A stretch of 42,104 nucleotides of DNA from an uncultured Bifidobacteriaceae bacterium. Lineage in GTDB: Bacteria > Actinomycetota > Acidimicrobiia > IMCC26256 > PALSA-555. The stretch is taken from assembly GCA_964532485.1 (NCBI GenBank), contig CAZHKE010000006.1:47280-89383 (forward strand), read 5' to 3'. The stretch's first letter is position 1. Each line of letters starts with the position of its first letter. The notes beneath the pieces were generated by a model that ran no database searches, was not told the DNA's origin, and saw only the letters and a program-made list of their open reading frames with translations. Shown here in pieces: positions 9,190 to 17,725 of this stretch. Made by a program: the position numbers and the translations under genes.

Positions 9190-10434
9190 CTACGTCGCGA
9201 GCTCGATCACAAGGGGGAGCTCGACGAGCCGACGAATCATGAGGCTCTTGTGGTGCTCCAGTCTGGTGTCGGTCTCCTCGATGGTGAAGGAGGAGGTACG
9301 GGTCAACAGGCGCTCGAACGTGATCCTCGCCTCGATGCGGGCGAGGGGAGCGCCCAGGCAGAGGTGGATGCCCCAGCCGAAGCCGACGTGTTGGCGCGCG
9401 TTGGGCCGGTCGAGATCGATGTCCTCCGGGCGCTCGAACGCGCCCGGATCTCGGTTCGCGGCAGGCCAGACGAGCACCGCGCGCGCCCCGGCCGGGATCG
9501 TCGTCCCACCGAGGATCGTGTCGCGGGTGGTCCGGCGGTAATGGCCCCGAAAGGGCGGGTCGATCCGGAGCGCCTCTTCGACGAACGTGGGGATCAGCGA
9601 CGGCTCGTCACGCAGGCGCTGCTGGAGGACAGGCTGCTCCGCCAGGATGCGGGCGCCCGTGCCGAGCAGGCTCGTCGTCGACTCGCCCCCGGCGGAGATG
9701 AGGGTCCCCAAGATGGCGAACACCTCGCCCTCGCTGAGCTCGCCGGCCTCTACGGCCTGCGCACAGGTTCCGATCACGGTCGAGGTGTTCGGCGTCGAGC
9801 TGGCTCGAGCGGCCAGGAAGGCGTCGAGCACGGGGCCGAACTCCGCCATCGCTGTGAGCAACGTCGGGCGCAGCTCCTCGGTGACGAAGCCGCCGATCGC
9901 CTCGACGGAGGAGTAGCCCTGCGCCTTGAGCGTGGGCGCGTGCTCGTCGGCGACGCCGAGCAGGCGGGTCACCATGAGCATCGGCAACGGCTCGGCGACG
10001 TCGGCCATCCACTCGAGGCGGCCGGCGGGCAGGAGTCGATCCAGCGCGTCGTCGACGAGCGCGCGGAACTCTGACTCCCGGGACGCCATCACGGCCGTGG
10101 TGAACAACGGGGTCAATATCTTGCGCTGTCGGGTGTGATCCGGGGGGTCCGCGGTCGCCAGCGCGCTGCCCATGTCGTCCATCTCGCCCGCGTTGCCCAG
10201 CACGTCGACCAGCTCGGCGGTTCCGTCCTCTGCCAGGTGCAGGAACTCGGTGCTGGAGCTCGAGTAGGTCTTGGTGTTCGCCACTACTTCGTGGATCAGG
10301 TCCATCCTCGTCACAAGGAATGCGTCGGTGCCAGGGACCTGGTGAACCGGATCGGTCTCCCGCAGCTGCGCGAAGTAGCTGTGAGGTTCTTCGACCGTTC
10401 TCGGATCGAAGAGCGGGTCGATCGTGGTCGCCAC
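9190..10434 (-). CDS. Cytochrome P450 (CYP144-like appearance)
   Basis: ADPPDH, SAGGEST, EEALR, FGWGIHLCLG; start reassigned to GTG 10434 behind GAGGAGAG. Confidence 0.92.
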   Translation of the reverse strand: MATTIDPLFDPRTVEEPHSYFAQLRETDPVHQVPGTDAFLVTRMDLIHEVVANTKTYSSSSTEFLHLAEDGTAELVDVLGNAGEMDDMGSALATADPPDHTRQRKILTPLFTTAVMASRESEFRALVDDALDRLLPAGRLEWMADVAEPLPMLMVTRLLGVADEHAPTLKAQGYSSVEAIGGFVTEELRPTLLTAMAEFGPVLDAFLAARASSTPNTSTVIGTCAQAVEAGELSEGEVFAILGTLISAGGESTTSLLGTGARILAEQPVLQQRLRDEPSLIPTFVEEALRIDPPFRGHYRRTTRDTILGGTTIPAGARAVLVWPAANRDPGAFERPEDIDLDRPNARQHVGFGWGIHLCLGAPLARIEARITFERLLTRTSSFTIEETDTRLEHHKSLMIRRLVELPLVIELAT

Positions 10435-10495
10435 ACGACTCTCCTCACCTCGCGCGGACGGAGGGGCGTGCAACCCATCGCACACGCCGCCCCAG

Positions 10496-10526
10496 CACCC
10501 TAATTTGAAACAGCATAGAAAAGCCA
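10496..10526 (+). promoter_or_regulatory. Conserved operator/promoter block, copy A
   Basis: CACCCTAATTTGAAACAGCATAGAAAAGCCA; 26/31 identical to the reverse complement of 15216-15246. Confidence 0.75.
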
Positions 10527-10547
10527 CAGGGGGGTCGACCAGAGTTG

Positions 10548-10566
10548 GTGACGAGGTATAGAAAAG
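10548..10566 (+). promoter_or_regulatory. Degenerate second operator copy B
   Basis: GTGACGAGGTATAGAAAAG matches the TTGA-N6-ATAGAAAAG core with the same spacing. Confidence 0.55.
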
Positions 10567-10594
10567 GACGGGTCGAGCGTCCGAGGAGGCGAGC

Positions 10595-11758
10595 GTGGCA
10601 GAAGAGCCCGGGCTGCGGTACGTCGACTCGGACGGGCACATCCTCGAGCATCCAACCGGGATGTTGGACTACGCCGAGGCGGAGTACCGCGACCGCATCT
10701 GGCACATCGAGACCGCCGAGGACGGCGAGGAGACGGTCGTCTTCAACGGCACCCGGACGCCGGCGAACCTCCACGCGGCGGCCGGGACGGCCGGGATGAG
10801 CGACGAGGATCGGGCCAGGGCGTTCCGCGGGGAGATGCGGTACACCGAGGTGCGTCCAGCGGCCTACAACGCCAAGGCTCGTCTGCAGGACATGGACCAG
10901 GACGGCATCGACCTGGCGGTCCTGTACCCGACGATGCTGCTGGCGCTCCAGAGCATCACCGACGTTCCCTTCACGGTCGCCCAGGCGCGTGCGTACAACG
11001 GTTGGGCTTCCGATCACACCCTGGAGGGTGAGGGTCGAATCTTCGCCGCGGGTGCGGTTCCCGCGATGCACGCGCCGGAGGATGTGCAGGGTGTCGCCGA
11101 TGAGATCCGGCGGGTCGCGACCCTGCCCGGGATGGTGTCGGTCTTCATGCGTCCGAACCCCGCGGTCGACTGGCGACCGCTCAACGACGCGGTGTACGAC
11201 CCGATCTGGCAGGCCGCCGAGGAAACGGGGTTGCCGATCGCCATGCATCCGTTCCTGGCGCCGGACCTGCCAGGAGCGTCGCTCGGGCTGCGGATCGGTG
11301 ACAAGGGGCTGTTGTTCAGCCAGGCGCTGGCCAACCCCGTCGACGTGATGGCGGCGATCATGTGGACGACCGCCGGCGGGGTGTGCGAGCGATTCCCGGG
11401 CTGCAGGTTGATCTTCCTCGAGGCCAACGGCGGCTGGATCGTCCCGTGGCTGGAGCGGCTCGACCACCACGTGGACAAGTTCCAGTGGGAGGTGGGGGAC
11501 CTGAAGCTCTCCCCGTCGGAGTACTTCCGTCGACAGTGCTGGATCAGCTTCGACCCCGACGAGTCCATGCTGGCTTTCACCGCGCACTCGCCGCTGGTCG
11601 GCGCGGAGCGCATCATCTGGGCGTCGGACTACCCGCACCCCGACGCCAAGTTCCCGGGCGTCACCGATGAGCTGACCGAAGCCCTCGAGGGCTTGACCCT
11701 CGAGCAACAGCAGGCCATCACCTCCGAGAGCGCCATCGCCCTCTACCGCATCGGTTGA
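10595..11758 (+). CDS. Amidohydrolase family protein (Amidohydro_2)
   Basis: DSDGHILE, AMHPF, LEANGGW, WASDYPHPD; GAGGAGG RBS. Confidence 0.9.
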   Translation: MAEEPGLRYVDSDGHILEHPTGMLDYAEAEYRDRIWHIETAEDGEETVVFNGTRTPANLHAAAGTAGMSDEDRARAFRGEMRYTEVRPAAYNAKARLQDMDQDGIDLAVLYPTMLLALQSITDVPFTVAQARAYNGWASDHTLEGEGRIFAAGAVPAMHAPEDVQGVADEIRRVATLPGMVSVFMRPNPAVDWRPLNDAVYDPIWQAAEETGLPIAMHPFLAPDLPGASLGLRIGDKGLLFSQALANPVDVMAAIMWTTAGGVCERFPGCRLIFLEANGGWIVPWLERLDHHVDKFQWEVGDLKLSPSEYFRRQCWISFDPDESMLAFTAHSPLVGAERIIWASDYPHPDAKFPGVTDELTEALEGLTLEQQQAITSESAIALYRIG

Positions 11759-12828
11759 TACTGCCCACTCGACGGGCGGCGCAGGATGCGACGGCCTACG
11801 ACCATGGGCAGGTCGAGGAACGTCTTGATCCCCGGTGCCGCCTCACACACCGGCGCGACCGCGTGCACCGCGTGCATGGTCGTGCCCAAGCAGGCCTGGT
11901 CGTTGTGGTCCTCACCGTGCACCCCGATCCTGGCCTCGAGCACCATCGACGGGCGCCCCTCGATGCTCACCTTCCACCCGCGACCGCTCGGCCAGTCTGG
12001 AGCGGCCTCGTCCGACAACCGAGTGATGTGCTCCACCGTGAGCGCCTCCCGACCCTCGACGACTGCCATGGCCGAGAACCGCATCGCAGCGACCGTCCCC
12101 ACCTCGATGCGGCCCGCGGCGACATCGAACGCCTCGTCGGTCACCCACACCTGGCGGTCGAAGGAGAGATCCTCGATCGTCGCCTCCAACCCGTCGGCGA
12201 CCAGCATCAGCGGAGCCACGAAGAACCCGCCGATCGTCGAAGCCTCACCCCACAGCACGTTCGGGTCGTCCGGCGCCCGACCGAAGCCCATGCCGTCGAA
12301 CAGGTTGAACGCATGGTCATACGTCGAGTAGTCGAGCAGCTCCTGCACGGTCAGCGACTCGATGTATCGGAAGATGCCTGACATCGTCAGTGGCAACACC
12401 TCTGACGCCCATCCTGGCTCGATGCCCGTGCCGTGGAACGAGGTCTTGCCCGCTGCGCACGCCTCCTCCAGCTGCTCCACGACCGCCGGACCCATGCTCG
12501 CCGGATAGATCAACGGGGTCTCGTCGGTCGAGACGACGTTCTTTCCCGATGCCAAGAGCGCACAGATGTCGTCGATCGCCGGCGCGGCGCCGTGCTCGCC
12601 CTGGGCCATGTACAGCACGCAGTCGGCGTCGAGCGCCAGGATCGCCCCGGGCTCGTTCGTCGCCGTCACGCCGATGGGCCCGATACCGCCGATCTCACCC
12701 GCGTCGCGACCCACTTGCTCGTCGCGGTAGACGAAGGCACCCACGACCTCCAGGTCGGGGTGATCCACGGCTGCCCTCAACGCGTGACGACCGATCACGC
12801 CGGAGCCCCACTGCACGACTCGAAGCAT
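11743..12828 (-). CDS. DapB-N/2,4-diaminopentanoate dehydrogenase-like (native amine dehydrogenase family) oxidoreductase, copy A
   Basis: RVVQWGSGVIG Rossmann motif, DADCVLY, GKNVVST, HGTGIEPG, VCEAAPGI..FLDLP. Confidence 0.85.
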   Translation of the reverse strand: MLRVVQWGSGVIGRHALRAAVDHPDLEVVGAFVYRDEQVGRDAGEIGGIGPIGVTATNEPGAILALDADCVLYMAQGEHGAAPAIDDICALLASGKNVVSTDETPLIYPASMGPAVVEQLEEACAAGKTSFHGTGIEPGWASEVLPLTMSGIFRYIESLTVQELLDYSTYDHAFNLFDGMGFGRAPDDPNVLWGEASTIGGFFVAPLMLVADGLEATIEDLSFDRQVWVTDEAFDVAAGRIEVGTVAAMRFSAMAVVEGREALTVEHITRLSDEAAPDWPSGRGWKVSIEGRPSMVLEARIGVHGEDHNDQACLGTTMHAVHAVAPVCEAAPGIKTFLDLPMVVGRRILRRPSSGQYQPMR

Positions 12829-12938
12829 GGCGCCGTTGCATCATCCCGAGGAGCCCGGTGCCTCGCGTTGCCGGGCCGTCATCGGCGAGCCGTGAAGCTC
12901 GTGTTCGGCGCTCGGCGATCGCGCGTCCACCGCTCTCC

Positions 12939-14216
12939 TCAGAACACCCCCACGCCGGCAGCCTCGTTGCGCTTGCGCCACTCCTCGCGGGACATGCGAG
13001 TGGTGTCGACGTCCTTCGCGAGGGCCCGCAGGGCACCTACGGTTGCGTCTTCCTTGGCGATGTGCTCGAACGGATCCCAGTCGTAGAACCTGCAGGCGTT
13101 CTCCCAGGTGATCTTGTTGATCTCTCCGTCGTCGGTGACCCCGGCGCCCTGGAGCTCCTTCCAGAGGAACTCTGGTGATTCGGGCCAGGTCGTGTCGGTG
13201 TGTGGGTAGTCGCACTCCCACGCGATGTTGTCGATGCCGATCCGGTGGCGCGCCTCGAGCCCCGACGGATCCGTGATGAAGCAAGCGAGGATGCTCCTGC
13301 GGAACACCTCCGACGGCCTCGTCGGGCCGAAGCCGAACTCGCTGTTCGTGATCCACTTCTGGTTGTCGTAGTGACGTTCGACTCGGTCCAGGTAGAAGGG
13401 GATCCAGCCGATCCCGCCCTCCGAGAGCGCGACCCTGAGGTCCGGGAAGGCACGCAGCGTCGGGCCGAAGAGCAGGTCCTGGGCGGTGACGACCGACACC
13501 TGGCACGCGATGACCATCAGGTGGTCGATCCCTGCCTCCGGAGGACGAGCGATGCACTCGAAGCCCGCCCCGATGTGGAGCGACAGGACCATGTTCTCGT
13601 CGCACAGCGCCTCGAGCATCGGGTCCCAGTGGCCCGACAGGAAGCTCGGGTATCCCTTGATGTGCGGCGTCTCGAGGAAGCTGATGCTCCTGCAGCCCTT
13701 CTTCCCGACGCGGTGCACCTCCTTCGCCGTCTCGTCGATGTCCCACATCGGAACCAGGCAGCAGGGGATGAAGCGACCCGGATACGCGGCACACCACTCG
13801 TCGATCACCCAGTCGTTGTACGACTGGAGCATGACGAGCCCGAGCTCCTTGTCGTCCGCCTCCGCGAACGTCCGGGCGTTCCAGCCCGCCATCGTCGGGA
13901 AGTTCATCGACGCGAGCACGCCGTTCGCGTTCATGTCGCGCACCCGCTCGTGGACGTCGAAGCAGCCGGGGCGCAGCTCGGTGTACGCACCGGCGGCGTA
14001 GCCCCACTCCTCGCTGGGCCAGCCGACGGTCGCGGACAGGCCGAAGGGGGTCGAGGTTGCCTCCCCTTGGAACACCCACTCATCGACGCCGAACTCGTTG
14101 CGAACGAGCTTCGGAGCCTGATCGGCCCACTTGGCGGGCACGTGGTTCTTCCACATGTCCGGCGGCTCGACCATGTGATCGTCGATGCTCACCATGATCA
14201 TGTCTTCCATCTGCAT
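12939..14216 (-). CDS. Amidohydrolase family protein (Amidohydro_2), paralog of 2137-3414
   Basis: MQMEDMIMVSIDDHMVEP, LHIGAG, SEGGIGW, WECDYPH; start reassigned to ATG 14216 behind GGGGAG. Confidence 0.9.
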   Translation of the reverse strand: MQMEDMIMVSIDDHMVEPPDMWKNHVPAKWADQAPKLVRNEFGVDEWVFQGEATSTPFGLSATVGWPSEEWGYAAGAYTELRPGCFDVHERVRDMNANGVLASMNFPTMAGWNARTFAEADDKELGLVMLQSYNDWVIDEWCAAYPGRFIPCCLVPMWDIDETAKEVHRVGKKGCRSISFLETPHIKGYPSFLSGHWDPMLEALCDENMVLSLHIGAGFECIARPPEAGIDHLMVIACQVSVVTAQDLLFGPTLRAFPDLRVALSEGGIGWIPFYLDRVERHYDNQKWITNSEFGFGPTRPSEVFRRSILACFITDPSGLEARHRIGIDNIAWECDYPHTDTTWPESPEFLWKELQGAGVTDDGEINKITWENACRFYDWDPFEHIAKEDATVGALRALAKDVDTTRMSREEWRKRNEAAGVGVF

Positions 14217-14290
14217 GGCAGGCTCCCCCTGGACGCGGCCCTTCCGAGCGAATTCCTTACGAAGATTAACATCGTCGGACACGTAGTGCG

Positions 14291-15193
14291 TCAGCCGCGG
14301 ACTCTGTTCTTCTGTGCGGGGACGACCGGCGGTGCTTCCTTCATGGCCGGCACGCCGTCCTCAGGGAGTGCGAGGGGTGGCCCGCCACCGTGAACCACCG
14401 ACCAGTGGCTGTGGTTCAGCTCGTGGAGCGTGAAGCACGCATTGAGCGAGTTGTAGAACCCCATGTTGTCGACCGTCTGGTTGACCGACTCCTTGACGAG
14501 CAGCGCCGCCATCGTCGGAACCGCGGCGACGCGACGAGCGAAGTCGAGGGTCATGTCGCCGAGCTGATCGGCCGGGAAGACCTTCGAGACCATGCCCATG
14601 GCGTGGGCCTCGTCGGCGGTGACCGAATCGCCGGTGAGCATGAGCTCCTTGGTCTTTCGGGGGCCGAACTCCCACGGGTGCGCGAAGTACTCCATCCCGC
14701 ACATGCCGAGGCGCGTGCCGACGACGTCGGCGAAGCGCGTGCCTTCGGCGGCGACGATGAGATCGCACGCCCACATCAGCATCAGCCCGGCGGAGTACAC
14801 GTCGCCGTGCACCTGCGCGATCGTGATCTTGCGGAGGTTCCGCCACCGCAACGTGTTCTGGAAGAAGTAGTGCCATTCCTGGAGCATCAGGCTCTCGGCG
14901 CCTTCCCGGGCGCCGCCATTGACCTTCCAGGTCGCGTGCTGGTTGGGGCCCGGCATGTACTCCTCCATCGAGACCTTCGACATGACGTCGTGTCCCGACG
15001 AGAACATCGGACCGGTTCCGCCCAAGATGACGACCCGTACGGCGTCGTCGGCCTCTGCGGCGAGGAACGCGTCGTTCAGCTCGACCAGCAGGCCGCGATT
15101 CTGCGCGTTGCGGGCGTCGGGTCGGTTGAGCATGATGCGCACGACGGCCCCGTCGTCGTGCTGCTCGACCAGCAGGTACTGATAGTCGGGCAT
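14291..15193 (-). CDS. echA13: Enoyl-CoA hydratase/crotonase family, EchA13-like
   Basis: LNRPDARNAQ, FSSGHD, LQEWHY...RWRNLRKITIAQVHG and FADVVGTRLGMCGMEYFAHPWEFGPRK resemble mycobacterial EchA13 as I recall it. Confidence 0.8.
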   Translation of the reverse strand: MPDYQYLLVEQHDDGAVVRIMLNRPDARNAQNRGLLVELNDAFLAAEADDAVRVVILGGTGPMFSSGHDVMSKVSMEEYMPGPNQHATWKVNGGAREGAESLMLQEWHYFFQNTLRWRNLRKITIAQVHGDVYSAGLMLMWACDLIVAAEGTRFADVVGTRLGMCGMEYFAHPWEFGPRKTKELMLTGDSVTADEAHAMGMVSKVFPADQLGDMTLDFARRVAAVPTMAALLVKESVNQTVDNMGFYNSLNACFTLHELNHSHWSVVHGGGPPLALPEDGVPAMKEAPPVVPAQKNRVRG

Positions 15194-15215
15194 GCTTCCC
15201 CCTGATCTCGGACGC

Positions 15216-15246
15216 TGGCTTTTCTATCATGCCTCAATTTAGGGTG
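15216..15246 (-). promoter_or_regulatory. Conserved operator/promoter block, copy C
   Basis: TGGCTTTTCTATCATGCCTCAATTTAGGGTG between divergent echA13-like and acyl-CoA dehydrogenase genes; includes a TAGGGT -10 candidate on the plus strand. Confidence 0.75.
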
Positions 15247-15284
15247 GCGACGCAGAGACGAGCGGCCGGCACGGGGGACGCGAG

Positions 15285-16409
15285 GTGGACGACGAGCTGA
15301 CCGACGAGCAGCGGTTGCTCCATGACACCGCGGTGCGATTCATCCAGAGCGAGCTCCCGCTCGCGGCGACCCGAGAGCTGCATGAGGACCCCCGCGGCTA
15401 CGACGAGAAGTGGTTGGCTCGTACCGCCGAGCTGGGCTGGTACTCGCTCCTCGTCGCGGAGGAGCACGGCGGCGGGAGCATCAGCGGTCATGGTCTGATC
15501 GACCTGGCGGTCGTGGCCGACACCATCGGTCGCTTCGTCCAACCGGGGCCGTTCATCTCCATGAACGTGGTCGGTGCCGCCGTCACTGCCGACGGGACCG
15601 CTGAGCAGCGCGCGGCCCTCCTTCCCGGCATGGTCGCGGGCGAGGTGGTGGCGACGTGGGCCCCGTTCGACTCCACGGGCAAGTGGGACGGCGGCCATGG
15701 ACTCACGGTCACCGCGGACGGCGACGAGATCGTCCTCCGAGGCACGAGGGGCTTCGTGCAGGACGCCCTGACATCCGACGTCCTGTGCGTCGTCGGAACC
15801 CTCGGCGGCGCGCCGGTCCAGGTCCTGGTGCCGACGCGCACTGCTGGTGTCGATGTCGAGCCGTTGACGTGCCTCGACCTGTCCCGACGCATGGGTGAGG
15901 TCACGTTCGACGCGCGCCTGCCGGCAGCCGCGCAGCTCGGTGGCGCGGGCGCCGACACCGAGGTCGCGCTCGAGCATCAGCTGCAGATCGCGGTCGTGCT
16001 CGCTTGCGCAGAGACCGTCGGCGCGCTCGACACGATGTTCGAGATGACCGTCGAGTACTCGAAGGGCCGCGTCGCCTTCGGGCGCCCGATCGGGTCGTTC
16101 CAGGCACTCAAGCACGTGATGGCGGACGTCGCGGTCTTTCTCGAGGGCTGCAAGGCCGTGGCCACGGAGAGCGCGCGGGTCGTCGATGCGGGCGGTGACG
16201 ACGCCGCGGAGGTGGTGTCGATGGCGGCGTCCTACATCGACGAGCGCGCCACCGAGATCGCGCAGCAGTGTCTGCAGATCCACGGTGGGATCGGCTTCAC
16301 CTGGGAGCACGACCTCCACCTCTTGATGCGACGAGCACGTTCGACCACTTCGTTGTGGTGCGACCCGGTGTGGCACCGCGAGCGGATCTGCGAGGTGCAC
16401 GCACTGTGA
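15285..16409 (+). CDS. Acyl-CoA dehydrogenase, partner subunit of a heteromeric pair
   Basis: LTDEQRLL, RVAFGRPIGSFQALKH, QIHGGIGFTWEHDLHL. Confidence 0.9.
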   Translation: MDDELTDEQRLLHDTAVRFIQSELPLAATRELHEDPRGYDEKWLARTAELGWYSLLVAEEHGGGSISGHGLIDLAVVADTIGRFVQPGPFISMNVVGAAVTADGTAEQRAALLPGMVAGEVVATWAPFDSTGKWDGGHGLTVTADGDEIVLRGTRGFVQDALTSDVLCVVGTLGGAPVQVLVPTRTAGVDVEPLTCLDLSRRMGEVTFDARLPAAAQLGGAGADTEVALEHQLQIAVVLACAETVGALDTMFEMTVEYSKGRVAFGRPIGSFQALKHVMADVAVFLEGCKAVATESARVVDAGGDDAAEVVSMAASYIDERATEIAQQCLQIHGGIGFTWEHDLHLLMRRARSTTSLWCDPVWHRERICEVHAL

Positions 16410-17671
16410 GCGAGATCGATGGTCTCGACGACTACCGCACCGAGATGCGCGCCTGGCTCGCCGCGAACCTGCCCGCCCGGGTCCCGGGCTCGTCGACGCT
16501 CGACGTCGACGGACTGACCCCCGAGCAGCTCGCCGACGGCCGTGCACAGCAGAAGCAGATGTACGACGCGGGCTACGTCGGCATCACCGTGCCGACGGAG
16601 TACGGCGGCCAGGGGCTGTCCGAGGCGCACCAGCGCGTCTGGATCGAAGAGTCGGCCGGCTACGCGGTGCCGTTGCCGGCGGGCGTGGCCTCGATGGTGA
16701 CCATGGGCGTGGTCCTGCCCACGCTGCTTGCAAACGCCACCGAGGAGCAGAAGCGGGCATGGATCCCGCGACTGCTCCGAGCCGAGGACATCTGGGTGCA
16801 GCTGCTCTCCGAGCCGGCCGCGGGTTCGGACCTCGCCGGCATCCTCACCCGGGCCACCCGCACAGGCGACACCTGGGTCCTCAACGGCACCAAGCTGTGG
16901 TCGTCGGGCGCGACGTACGCCGACTACGGGATCTGCCTGGCGCGCACCGACTGGGACGTGCCGAAGCATCGGGGCCTCACGTGGTTCAAGGTCCCTCTGC
17001 ACGACGAGCGGGTGACCGTCCGGCCGGTCCGCCAGGTCAACGGCAGCCTCGAGTTCTGCGAGGAGTTCCTCGACGACGTCGTCGTCGGTGACGACATGGT
17101 GATCGGCCCGGTCAACGGCGGGTGGGCCGTTGCCAACTCGATGCTGGTGTTCGAGCGCGGCGTCGGCCACATCGAGGGCCCGCGCGCGGGTGGCGCCACT
17201 TCGCAACGAGAGCTCGCTCCCGACCTCGTCGAGCTGGCGCGCCAGCGGGGTACCACGGGCAACGCCGCGGTGCGTCAGCTCATCGCCCGAGCTCATGCCG
17301 AAGACTGGGCCCACGAGCTGTTGACCCAACGCGTGACGGCACGGCTGACGAGCGGCAGCGCCAACCCCGCGTCCGCAGCGCTCGTCAAGCTGTCCATGGG
17401 CCTACGCAATCCCGAGCGCGCGATCGCAGCCGTGACCATCGCCGGGCGTCTTGCAGTCGCGTGGCGGGAGGCAGGCTCATCGGGCGAGCGCGCGGCAACC
17501 GGCTTCTTCTACGGCCGCCAGTTCGCGATCGCGGGTGGCAGCAACCAGATCCAGCGCAACGTCATCAGCGAACGGCTCCTCGGGCTGCCCCGCGAGCCGA
17601 GCGAAGACAAGGACAAGCCGTTCCGCGAGGTGCTTCGTGATGGCCAGGGCTGGGGCTCCGCGGATCGCTGA
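16406..17671 (+). CDS. Acyl-CoA dehydrogenase, probable catalytic subunit of a heteromeric pair
   Basis: GTGA overlap with the upstream stop; LSEPAAGSDLA, NGTKLWSS, EFCEEFLDDV, LVFER, IAGGSNQIQRN. Confidence 0.9.
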   Translation: MSEIDGLDDYRTEMRAWLAANLPARVPGSSTLDVDGLTPEQLADGRAQQKQMYDAGYVGITVPTEYGGQGLSEAHQRVWIEESAGYAVPLPAGVASMVTMGVVLPTLLANATEEQKRAWIPRLLRAEDIWVQLLSEPAAGSDLAGILTRATRTGDTWVLNGTKLWSSGATYADYGICLARTDWDVPKHRGLTWFKVPLHDERVTVRPVRQVNGSLEFCEEFLDDVVVGDDMVIGPVNGGWAVANSMLVFERGVGHIEGPRAGGATSQRELAPDLVELARQRGTTGNAAVRQLIARAHAEDWAHELLTQRVTARLTSGSANPASAALVKLSMGLRNPERAIAAVTIAGRLAVAWREAGSSGERAATGFFYGRQFAIAGGSNQIQRNVISERLLGLPREPSEDKDKPFREVLRDGQGWGSADR

Positions 17672-17688
17672 GCGTGGTGCGCGCCATT

Positions 17689-17717
17689 TTGAGGCATCGT
17701 TGAAAACTCGATAGTGT
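17689..17717 (+). promoter_or_regulatory. Sigma70-type promoter TTGAGG-N17-TAGTGT overlapped by operator copy D
   Basis: 17-nt spacer; the -10 ends 8 nt before ATG 17726 and there is no SD, suggesting a leaderless mRNA; 17689-17707 TTGAGGCATCGTTGAAAAC matches the operator core. Confidence 0.6.
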
Positions 17718-17725
17718 GCGCCGTC

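Noticed and set aside
8125-10074. 649-aa plus-strand ORF and similar long antisense ORFs (2978-4654, 6508-7902, 19152-20729, 26251-27747)
   Set aside because: Stop-poor antisense frames typical of high-GC codon usage, each opposite a motif-bearing gene.
5631-12828. dapA plus dapB lysine biosynthesis genes
   Set aside because: The DapA-fold protein lacks GTTGE and the catalytic Tyr; the DapB-like proteins lack the HHxxKxDAPSGTA motif.
12850-12905. Intergenic GC hairpins (also 3451-3473 and 6735-6748) as riboswitch or REP elements
   Set aside because: Short stems, no shared sequence between them and no recognisable aptamer; expected by chance at this GC content.
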